From Bacteroidales bacterium (lineage in GTDB: Bacteria > Bacteroidota > Bacteroidia > Bacteroidales > UBA932): 64,000 nucleotides of DNA. The DNA is taken from positions 177,637-241,636 of the forward strand of contig JAFPWG010000027.1 of assembly GCA_017395045.1 (NCBI GenBank). The letters are read 5' to 3'. The notes under the pieces were generated by a model, which saw only the letters and a list, made by a program, of their open reading frames with translations, was not told the origin of the DNA and did not search any database. Shown piece after piece: positions 47,666 to 55,601 of the stretch. How positions within the stretch are numbered: the first letter of the stretch is position 1; the number at the start of each line of letters is the position of its first letter. A program made the translations under genes and the position numbers.

Positions 47666-49495
47666 ATGACCAAACCTGTGAACCCGCCACTGCTGGACCA
47701 CCAAACGATGCAGGATGCCCTGGGAATCAAGGGCCTCTCCGGCAAGGTCCTGACCCGGCTGCTTTTCGGCGTGCTGGGCATGGGCAGGGCGAACCGTCTC
47801 TATGCCCGGAAGCCCCGTCCTGACGGCCCGGCATTCTCCTCTGAAATCCTGGAGGACCTGGGGGTTACCTACGACATTCCCGAAGAACAGTTGAGCCATA
47901 TTCCCGAAGAAGGCGGATTCATCACGGTGTCCAACCATCATTTCGGTGCTGTGGACGGGATGATCCTGAATGCGGTCATCGGCTCCCGCAGGCCAGATTA
48001 CAAGATCCTGACCACCTTCTTCCTCGCCCTGATCACCAATCTGAAGGACTGGTTCATCCCGGTCGATAATTTCGCTTCCGGCGGGACCAGGAGCATTTCC
48101 GGCATCCGTTCCGCCCTGGGTCATATCGGCAGCGGGGGAGCACTGGGACTGTTCCCAGCGGGGGAAGTCGCGACCTGGCAGAAAAAGGGAGAACGTACCG
48201 CCATCAGCGGCAAACGCGTCGTGGAAGACAAGCCCTGGACCGAAAACATGATGAAGCTGATCCGGAAATCCGGCCTTCCGGTGATTCCGGTCTATTTCGA
48301 CGGAGGCAACTCCAAGACCTTCCATGTCCTGGGACAGGTCCATCCCATCCTGCGCACGCTCCGGCTTGTCCGCGAGATGATGGGTTCGAAGGGGAAGCAT
48401 GTCCAGGTACGGATCGGCCAGCCCATTCCTGCCAACCAGATTGCCGCGTTTGACGTGGATACCCTGGGAAAATATCTTCGCAATCGCTGCTATGCACTTG
48501 AGGCCCAGTGCCTTCCCGACTTCGATACACTTCCCGTATCCGGCGAGATACAGGAAATCATCCCGCCTGTCGATCCGGAAACCATCCGTGCCCAGGTAGC
48601 GGGGCTGGATCACCGGATCCTCTTCGAGACCGGAGATTACCGGGCCTATCTCGTAGCCGCGGCGGATGCCCCTGACCTGATGCGGGAACTGTACCGGCTC
48701 CGCGAAGTGACTTTCCGCGCCGTAGGCGAGGGAACCGGCAAGGCCATGGACACGGATCCTTACGATGAGTATTACCGTCACCTGATCCTATGGAGCATTC
48801 CCAACGGGGACATCGTCGGTGCATATCGCGTTGGATACGGCCCGGACATCATCGCCTCTCACGGAGGGGTTTCCGGTTTCTATACATCCACCTTGGTGAA
48901 CTTCGGACCGAATGCAGAGCCCATTTTTGCCCATTCTCTTGAACTGGGACGATCGTTCGTCCAGGAGAAGTACCAGCGTGAGGTCTTGCCCTTGAAGCTG
49001 CTTCTGGCAGGCCTTTGCGTCGCTACGACGAAAGATCCCCAGGTGGACCGCTGCGTCGGTCTGGTGACCATGAGCGCTTCGCTGCCGGATTTCTACAAGA
49101 GCCTTACCGTCCATTTCCTGCAGCGGGACTTCCTGATGGAGGAGGCCGACAGGTTTGCAACACCTACGACCCCATTCCAGCCCGGTTTCCTGCGTGTGGA
49201 TCCGGACCAGTTGATCCAGGTTCCCGAGCGTGACATCGATGCATTCGACCGGATTCTCGGCGCCGTTTCCGACGGAAAATACAGGCTTCCTGTCCTGTTC
49301 CGCAAATACTTCAGCTGCGGAGCCCGCGTCTCCTGCGTCAATGTGGATCCGGCCTTCTCCGACTGCTTGGACGCCATGATCGTCCTCCGGCTCGCCGACT
49401 TCCCGCCGGCCAGCATCAAATCCTTCATCCGTTCCCTTCCCGACGGGATCCAGAACGAGGTCCTCCGTCATTTCTACGGTACGGAAAACGTTTGA
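47666..49495 (+). CDS. bifunctional acyltransferase, OlsF-like (PlsC-type O-acyltransferase plus OlsB/GNAT-type N-acyltransferase) for aminolipid synthesis
   Basis: N-domain NHHFGAVDG (HX4D) and FPAGEV. C-domain LYRLREVTFRAVGEGTGKAMDTDPYDEYYRHLILW...VGAYRV, as in ornithine/glycine-lipid N-acyltransferases. Confidence 0.7.
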   Translation: MTKPVNPPLLDHQTMQDALGIKGLSGKVLTRLLFGVLGMGRANRLYARKPRPDGPAFSSEILEDLGVTYDIPEEQLSHIPEEGGFITVSNHHFGAVDGMILNAVIGSRRPDYKILTTFFLALITNLKDWFIPVDNFASGGTRSISGIRSALGHIGSGGALGLFPAGEVATWQKKGERTAISGKRVVEDKPWTENMMKLIRKSGLPVIPVYFDGGNSKTFHVLGQVHPILRTLRLVREMMGSKGKHVQVRIGQPIPANQIAAFDVDTLGKYLRNRCYALEAQCLPDFDTLPVSGEIQEIIPPVDPETIRAQVAGLDHRILFETGDYRAYLVAAADAPDLMRELYRLREVTFRAVGEGTGKAMDTDPYDEYYRHLILWSIPNGDIVGAYRVGYGPDIIASHGGVSGFYTSTLVNFGPNAEPIFAHSLELGRSFVQEKYQREVLPLKLLLAGLCVATTKDPQVDRCVGLVTMSASLPDFYKSLTVHFLQRDFLMEEADRFATPTTPFQPGFLRVDPDQLIQVPERDIDAFDRILGAVSDGKYRLPVLFRKYFSCGARVSCVNVDPAFSDCLDAMIVLRLADFPPASIKSFIRSLPDGIQNEVLRHFYGTENV

Positions 49496-49501
49496 TCCGC
49501 G

Positions 49502-50164
49502 ATGGACAGTCCGACTTGGGTATATCTCCTGGGATTGACCGGGATGGCGATTTACGGCCTCAGGATCCTGATCCAGTGGTACCTGTCGGAAAAGTCGCAC
49601 GTCGTTGAATCACCGGGCATCTACTGGGTGCTCAGCAGCATCGGCGCCGTGATCCTGTACATCTATGGATGGCTTCGGAAAGACTTCTCCATCATCTTCG
49701 GGGAAAGCGTCGGTTACTACATCTATATGTGGAACATCAGCATCATGGGCCTGTACAAGAAGGTGCCGCGCATCGTCATCATCGTCCAGGCCCTGTTTCC
49801 GCTGGTCATCCTGGGACTGATCGTGAAGGATATTCCCACGTTTACCCAGACTTTCCTGCGGAACAAGGAAGTTCCGCCGATGTTGCTGCTGTACGGCGTT
49901 CTGGGCCAGTTTACCTATGAAATCAGGTCGGTATACCAGCTTGTGTACAGCTACAAGCGCAAAAAATCCATCCTGCCCCTGGGTCACTGGGTGCTGGCGG
50001 TCATCGGTTCCGCGATGATCATCAGCTATGGACTCATCCGGCACGACTGGGTGCTGGCGATCGGCCAGTTCTCCATTTTCTTCTCCATCCGCAACCTGAT
50101 GATTTCCATCCAGTCGGGCAAGAGGAGCGTTGAAAAGGAGGAAATTAACGAACCACCTGTGTAA
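49502..50164 (+). CDS. lipid-A-disaccharide synthase N-terminal (LAB_N) domain membrane protein
   Basis: Two LAB_N-like repeats (GLTGMAIYGLRILIQWYLSEK...; GQFTYEIRSVYQLVYSYKRKKS). Confidence 0.7.
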   Translation: MDSPTWVYLLGLTGMAIYGLRILIQWYLSEKSHVVESPGIYWVLSSIGAVILYIYGWLRKDFSIIFGESVGYYIYMWNISIMGLYKKVPRIVIIVQALFPLVILGLIVKDIPTFTQTFLRNKEVPPMLLLYGVLGQFTYEIRSVYQLVYSYKRKKSILPLGHWVLAVIGSAMIISYGLIRHDWVLAIGQFSIFFSIRNLMISIQSGKRSVEKEEINEPPV

Positions 50165-50978
50165 AAACGGGTTCCTTTCCCTCTTCCACGATCACATAGA
50201 CCTTCATCTCCCTTTCGGGAAGGATGTCGGAAGCGCCTTCCCTGGGAAGGTCGACAGCCGTAAACAAGTACTCGACTCCGTTCGGGACAGTACGGCAGGA
50301 GACCGCTTTGGCCTTTGCATGGATCATGGGATAGTCTCCCACGGCGGCATCGAAGACGGCTGCTTCCTCTTCCGTTGCTTCGTGGGCTTCCGGGAATTCT
50401 TCCAGAGGAGTGAATTCACCTTCGAGGAAACCGTTGGCTTTCAGGAACCGGTCTATTTCCCCGGGGACCGCATCAATCCGGGCCTGGCGTACGCCGTAGC
50501 CTGGAAGCACTTCTGCATCAGGCTGCTTCTCTTTCAGGTCACGGACACTGGAAACCAGTCCGCCGCTGCCGAATGTGCAGAAAGGAACGACTTTCTTGCC
50601 GGAAAGGTCCGCTTGCTCAAGGAAGGTGCCGACGGGCGGAGCAAACGTGCCGAACCAGATGGGATAGCCCAGAAACACCACATCATAGGCAGACAAGTCG
50701 GACTTGAGCGGCTGGATTTCTGGATGGATGCCCTGTGAACGTTCTTCGACACCGCGGGCGATCGTTTCCTCATAAGTGCCGTCATAGGGTTTGACAGGAA
50801 CGATCTCCTCAATGTCGGCATCCAGCCGGTTGGCGATCTCTTCGGCAACGGCCCTGGTCGTGGCGGTTTGGGAATAATAGAGGACCAGGACCTTGGGGGC
50901 ATCCGTCTTCTTGGGGCCGCAGGACACGGCCGTCAGTACGGCGGTCGCAAGGACCGCGAGGCTTTTCAGGCTTTTCAT
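50145..50978 (-). CDS. flavodoxin-like lipoprotein with an about 90-aa C-terminal extension
   Basis: Lipobox LTAVSC; KVLVLYYSQTATTRAVAEEIA and VVFLGYPIWFG flavodoxin blocks. Start at the internal ATG 50978 of ORF 50145-51125. Confidence 0.7.
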   Translation of the reverse strand: MKSLKSLAVLATAVLTAVSCGPKKTDAPKVLVLYYSQTATTRAVAEEIANRLDADIEEIVPVKPYDGTYEETIARGVEERSQGIHPEIQPLKSDLSAYDVVFLGYPIWFGTFAPPVGTFLEQADLSGKKVVPFCTFGSGGLVSSVRDLKEKQPDAEVLPGYGVRQARIDAVPGEIDRFLKANGFLEGEFTPLEEFPEAHEATEEEAAVFDAAVGDYPMIHAKAKAVSCRTVPNGVEYLFTAVDLPREGASDILPEREMKVYVIVEEGKEPVFTQVVR

Positions 50979-50998
50979 ATGGATAAAGCGGTTAACGA

Positions 50999-52036
50999 TT
51001 ATTGCATCTGACGCAGCCGGACTTCGATTCCGGGAAGGGACTCCGGCAGGGAAGAGATGTCCGTCTGGCTGAAGTGATAGGGGATCAGCACCTTCGGGGC
51101 GATGGTCTTCGCCGCATGGATGCACTGTTCCACCGTCATCGTATAAGGCTGGTTCACAGGCAGGAAGGCGATGTCGATATCCTTCAGCGCCGTCATCTCG
51201 GGGATGTCTTCCGTGTCACCGGCAATGTAGATGCGAAGACCGTCCAGCGTCAGAACGAAACCGTTGTCGCGGCCCTTCGGATGGAACTGGAGATGACCCG
51301 GTGTATTGTTGTAAGCGGGAACGGCCTGGAGGTGCATGCCCTCCTGGAGGTCGAGTTCGTCACCGTTGGCCATCACCGTGCCCCAGCCCAGGATATCCTT
51401 GCTGCGTGCGTTGGTAACCAGCGTGGTCCCGTCCTTCTGAAGGGCGTCCACGGCCGTCTTGTCGCAGTGGTCGCCGTGTTCATGCGTAACCAGGATGATG
51501 TCGGCCTTGGGGAATTCCGCGGCATAATCCGTCGGTTTCCCGAGTCCGGAAACGGGATCCACCTGGATGGAAAGGCCCTTGTAACGGATTTCCAGGCAGG
51601 CGTGTTTGATGAGGGTGATGGCGACGGGTTCACCGGTCACCGTCCGGAAGCGCTCGACCTCGTACGTGGAAACCGGCTTTCCGGCTTCGGTCCAGGCCAG
51701 ATAGCCTCCCTGCAGGTTCGATACCTCGAAACCGGCCTTGCCAAGCTTGGACGCGGCTTCCGCACTGCGTTTGCCGCTCCGGCAATAGACCATGACCGGA
51801 TGCGAAAGTTCCAGGAGGGACTGGGCCTTCTCCAGGAAATCGTCGGCATACCAGTCGATGTTGACGGCCCCGGGAAGGTGGCCTTCGGCATATTCGTCCG
51901 GCGTCCGGACATCCACCAGCTGGGCGGTCTTGTCGCCGTTGAGCATAGCCTCGAAGGCATCCGGGTTCAAGTTCGAATAACCTTTGCATCCAAAAAGGCT
52001 CAGGAAAGACAGGGACATGATCAGGAAGTACTTCAT
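50999..52036 (-). CDS. rhodanese plus metallo-beta-lactamase-fold fusion lipoprotein
   Basis: Lipobox SLFGC; rhodanese loop VYCRSGKRS; MBL HxHxDH as THEHGDHCD. Start at ATG 52036. Confidence 0.75.
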   Translation of the reverse strand: MKYFLIMSLSFLSLFGCKGYSNLNPDAFEAMLNGDKTAQLVDVRTPDEYAEGHLPGAVNIDWYADDFLEKAQSLLELSHPVMVYCRSGKRSAEAASKLGKAGFEVSNLQGGYLAWTEAGKPVSTYEVERFRTVTGEPVAITLIKHACLEIRYKGLSIQVDPVSGLGKPTDYAAEFPKADIILVTHEHGDHCDKTAVDALQKDGTTLVTNARSKDILGWGTVMANGDELDLQEGMHLQAVPAYNNTPGHLQFHPKGRDNGFVLTLDGLRIYIAGDTEDIPEMTALKDIDIAFLPVNQPYTMTVEQCIHAAKTIAPKVLIPYHFSQTDISSLPESLPGIEVRLRQMQ

Positions 52037-52115
52037 ATGGGTTTCGTTTATAGTCATAGACTTACAAATATCGCAATTAATCGGTATCTTTGCAAGAGGT
52101 TAAAACGCGACGGAC

Positions 52116-52823
52116 ATGAATCCCTTGCTTCAGGAGATGCTTTCCCATGCCGACCCCTCCCAGGTCGCCGGGCTTTCCCGCTTTTTCAAGACCGGGCCGG
52201 GACAGTATGGCGAAGGCGACAGGTTTCTGGGAATCAAGGTCCCGGTGACGCGGGACGTCGTCAAGCGATGCTGGAAGGATGCCGGAGTCCCCGGGATTGA
52301 AGAATGCGTGAACAGCGAGTATCACGAGGTGCGGCTGGCAGGATTGCTGGCCCTTATCCAGGTGTTCTCGCATTCGAAAAAAGACCCCGCAAAGCAGCGG
52401 GAGTGCATCGACTTTTACCTGGCCCATACCGACCGGATCAACAACTGGGACCTGGTGGACCTGTCGTGCTATCCGCTGCTGGGGGAATGGCTGATGGACA
52501 AGGACCGGAGCGTCCTGTATGACCTTGCACGCAGCGGAAAAACCTTGTGGGAACAACGGATCGGCATGGTCAGTACGATGACCTTCATCCGTCACGGACA
52601 ATTGGACGATACCTTCGCCATCGCGGACATCCTCCTCCATCATCCGCACGACCTGATCCACAAGGCTGTAGGCTGGTTGCTCCGCGAGGCGGGGAAGCGG
52701 GACAAGGCTGCCCTGGCCGCCTATCTGGAGCCGCGCTATCGCGGGATGCCCCGGACCATGCTCCGCTATTCCATCGAAAAGTTTCCGGAGGAGGAACGGA
52801 AAACAATTCTGGGGTTGCATTAA
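52116..52823 (+). CDS. DNA alkylation repair protein (AlkC/AlkD-like HEAT repeats)
   Basis: FFKTGPGQYGEGDRFLGIKVP..., NNWDLVD, WEQRIGMV, HDLIHKAVGWLLRE. Confidence 0.8.
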   Translation: MNPLLQEMLSHADPSQVAGLSRFFKTGPGQYGEGDRFLGIKVPVTRDVVKRCWKDAGVPGIEECVNSEYHEVRLAGLLALIQVFSHSKKDPAKQRECIDFYLAHTDRINNWDLVDLSCYPLLGEWLMDKDRSVLYDLARSGKTLWEQRIGMVSTMTFIRHGQLDDTFAIADILLHHPHDLIHKAVGWLLREAGKRDKAALAAYLEPRYRGMPRTMLRYSIEKFPEEERKTILGLH

Positions 52824-52868
52824 TCGGATTTTTATTATCTTTGCAACCAATTAAGAAACAAAGACATT

Positions 52869-53555
52869 ATGAAAAGAATGCTGATTACCGCCCTGGCCGC
52901 TCTTCTCACGGTCTCGGCCTTTGCCTCGCGACCTGACGACGATCCCTTGTATGCATCTCCCAACGGAACATTCACCTTTGACCTGTTCTCCCATATCGGA
53001 TACGGTTATCATTTCGTGAAATCCAGTGCTTTCAAGCCGTCTTCCGCCGGCGAGTTCTTCGTCAATATCTTTGAGTTCGGCCTTTATCCCAGCCAACATT
53101 TCGGCATCGAGCTCGGCGTTGATGTCGAAAGCAACTATTTCCGTTCCAAAGAGCACTTTTTCGTCCTGGACACCAAGGACAAGATCCAGGCTTTGAAGAT
53201 CTCGGAGAATATGGCCGGTACCTATGAGAAAGCCCGCGGTTCCTTCAATTTCCTTACGTTCAACGCCCCTCTTATGCTCAAAGGGTATTTTGACAAGGTC
53301 CAGATCGGGGTCGGTGCCGAGGCCAGCTTGAACTGCCTGGGTGAGACCTACATAACCTACAAGACGGGCAGCAAGCGGACGCAGGTCGAAGACACCGCCG
53401 CGGACATCAATCTGTTTTCCTACGGTTTCATCGCCTCCCTCGGCTTTGATTATACCTCCATTTTCTTCAAGTATTATCCGAAGGGTTCCAAGGTCCTGCC
53501 CGACGGCAGCGTGGACCTCAATTATATGACCCTGGGCATCGCTTTGGGTTTCTAG
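52869..53555 (+). CDS. outer-membrane beta-barrel (porin-family) protein
   Basis: Signal peptide, alternating amphipathic strands, C-terminal ...LGIALGF. Confidence 0.65.
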   Translation: MKRMLITALAALLTVSAFASRPDDDPLYASPNGTFTFDLFSHIGYGYHFVKSSAFKPSSAGEFFVNIFEFGLYPSQHFGIELGVDVESNYFRSKEHFFVLDTKDKIQALKISENMAGTYEKARGSFNFLTFNAPLMLKGYFDKVQIGVGAEASLNCLGETYITYKTGSKRTQVEDTAADINLFSYGFIASLGFDYTSIFFKYYPKGSKVLPDGSVDLNYMTLGIALGF

Positions 53556-53578
53556 GAGAATAATCATCCTGAAGTTCC

Positions 53579-53614
53579 AGAACCCCGGCTTCCGACAGGG
53601 AAGGCCGGGGTTCT
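53579..53614 (+). terminator. stem-loop, possible terminator
   Basis: AGAACCCCGGCTT-N10-AAGGCCGGGGTTCT (13-bp stem). The downstream tract is only weakly T-rich. Confidence 0.45.
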
Positions 53615-53647
53615 CTCTAATCGGAAAAAAGCGTATATTCGCATATT

Positions 53648-54979
53648 ATGAAAAAACTGGTGACACTTTTCCTATTATCCATTGTCTGCTTCTGGGATGT
53701 TTCCGCTCAGGAACAAACGTACTTTTCTGTCGATGAACTTCCGGACCTGATCCAATGTCTGCCTGCTCCACCGGCCAAGGGATCGTCCGGCTTCCGCTAT
53801 GATGTCAGGCGTTACAGATGGGGAAAGGCCCAGCGAAATGACCCTGAGCGTGCTGCCATGGCGCGAAGGGATGCGGTCTGGAGCTATGAGGCGCTGCTTA
53901 CGGAGCTCAGCGTTCCCTTTGGCCTGGCCATCTCGGAAAAGGAGACGCCGGAGATATGGAAACTCGTCGTGACAAGCCTCGCCACGACCGACCAGATGCG
54001 GGTCGCACCCAAGGCATACTACCACAGGACCCGGCCCTTCGTCTATTTCAAGGAGAAGGCCTATCTGGAAGACGATGCCCAGTTCAGCGGCGAGGGCAGT
54101 TATCCTTCCGGCCATACGATGCGAAGCTGGACGGCCGCCCTCATCCTGGCTGAAATCAATCCCGCTGCGGCCGACGCAGTCTTTGCCCGTGCCTGGCAAT
54201 GCGGTGAAAGCCGGGTCATCTCCGGAGCGCATTGGCAGAGTGACGTGGACGTGACGCGTCTGGCCGCCAGCATCGGCTATTCCCGCCTGCAGACCAGTAC
54301 CGCCTTCCGGGCCCAGATGGAATCGGCCCAGGATGAATTCCGGCGATTGGCTGAAGCAACGGGGCAGCAGGGACGGGAACATTTCGTCTCCCTGACCGAT
54401 GCCGTTCCGGATGCGATCCTGGAGATCCGCTATTTCAGCACCTACAATTTCGTGGGAGAGCGGATCGACGGCTATCTGGCGCCCACGGCCCTGATGACCC
54501 GGGAAGCGGCCGACAGCCTGAAGGCGGTGAGCGACGATGTGATGCGGATGGGCTATCGTCTCAAGATCTATGATGCTTATCGCCCGCAGTGCGCCGTGGA
54601 CCATTTCGTACGTTGGGCCGCCGATGTCTCCGACACCACGATGCGGCGCTACTTCTATCCCGATGTGGACAAGAGCCTGCTGTTCAAACTGGATTACATC
54701 ATGGAGAAATCCGGTCACACACGCGGTTCGACCGTAGACCTGACCCTGTTCGACATGAATACCGAAAAAGAGTTGGACATGGGGGGAACCTTCGACTGGT
54801 TCGGTGAGGAGAGCCATCCGGATTACACGGGCATCACGGAAACGCAGTTTGCGAACCGGATGATTCTGCGGGAGGCCATGCTCCGCCACGGCTTCAAACC
54901 GCTGGAAAGCGAATGGTGGCATTTCACTTTGCGGGACGAACCGTTCCCGGATACATATTTTTCCTTCCCGGTGCGATAA
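53648..54979 (+). CDS. secreted fusion: class A (PAP2) acid phosphatase plus VanX/DdpX-type D-Ala-D-Ala dipeptidase
   Basis: Signal peptide; PAP2 motifs KAYYHRTRP / PSGHT / SRVISGAHWQSD. Then a VanX-like part: ILEIRYFSTYNF, SGHTRGSTVDL, ESEWWHF. Confidence 0.8.
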   Translation: MKKLVTLFLLSIVCFWDVSAQEQTYFSVDELPDLIQCLPAPPAKGSSGFRYDVRRYRWGKAQRNDPERAAMARRDAVWSYEALLTELSVPFGLAISEKETPEIWKLVVTSLATTDQMRVAPKAYYHRTRPFVYFKEKAYLEDDAQFSGEGSYPSGHTMRSWTAALILAEINPAAADAVFARAWQCGESRVISGAHWQSDVDVTRLAASIGYSRLQTSTAFRAQMESAQDEFRRLAEATGQQGREHFVSLTDAVPDAILEIRYFSTYNFVGERIDGYLAPTALMTREAADSLKAVSDDVMRMGYRLKIYDAYRPQCAVDHFVRWAADVSDTTMRRYFYPDVDKSLLFKLDYIMEKSGHTRGSTVDLTLFDMNTEKELDMGGTFDWFGEESHPDYTGITETQFANRMILREAMLRHGFKPLESEWWHFTLRDEPFPDTYFSFPVR

Positions 54980-55034
54980 GAACCCAGAAAAACACTATAT
55001 TTGCCAAGATGTGAATCCAATTATCTAATCAGAT

Positions 55035-55565
55035 ATGAAAAGAATTATCAGCCTCTTCATCGCCCTGTCCGTGACAGTCGCCGCCTTCGCCCAGGACAAT
55101 CTCCTGCGCCAGAGAATGGAGCTTGCCAGCATCGAGGTCAACGATGGCGAAGTGGAACTCCAGGTATTCCAGATGGAAGACAACGGCCGCTACTATCTGT
55201 CGGTCGGACATCTGGGAATCGGAGACGATATCTTCCAGATCAATTTCGACCCGCTCTTCGAGCTGTTCATCCCGCTCGGAGAAACCCTCAGCGAGGCGAT
55301 CGAGACGCTGGACATGCTGAAGGATTTCTATGACGAGTCCTCAGGGACGACCATGGAGATGAGCGGATGCCTCTGCCTGGCATTTCCCGACGACAAGTGG
55401 GAGACCGTCAAAGTGACCACCAGGCGGTTCCTGTTCAGCAAGTTGTTGGAATTCAGCCTCGAGCGTGACGGCTATATCCGTGCCACCAATATCGGCAAGT
55501 CCGATTTCAAGGGCCTGGTCTCCAGCACCAAGCTGTATCGGAAGATCCATCCGAACGAGCTGTAG
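55035..55565 (+). CDS. hypothetical secreted protein
   Basis: Signal peptide MKRIISLFIALSVTVAAFAQ; no family recognised. Confidence 0.55.
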   Translation: MKRIISLFIALSVTVAAFAQDNLLRQRMELASIEVNDGEVELQVFQMEDNGRYYLSVGHLGIGDDIFQINFDPLFELFIPLGETLSEAIETLDMLKDFYDESSGTTMEMSGCLCLAFPDDKWETVKVTTRRFLFSKLLEFSLERDGYIRATNIGKSDFKGLVSSTKLYRKIHPNEL

Positions 55566-55601
55566 CGCCATCGACCGGGACGCACGTCCGCACATCCACC
55601 C

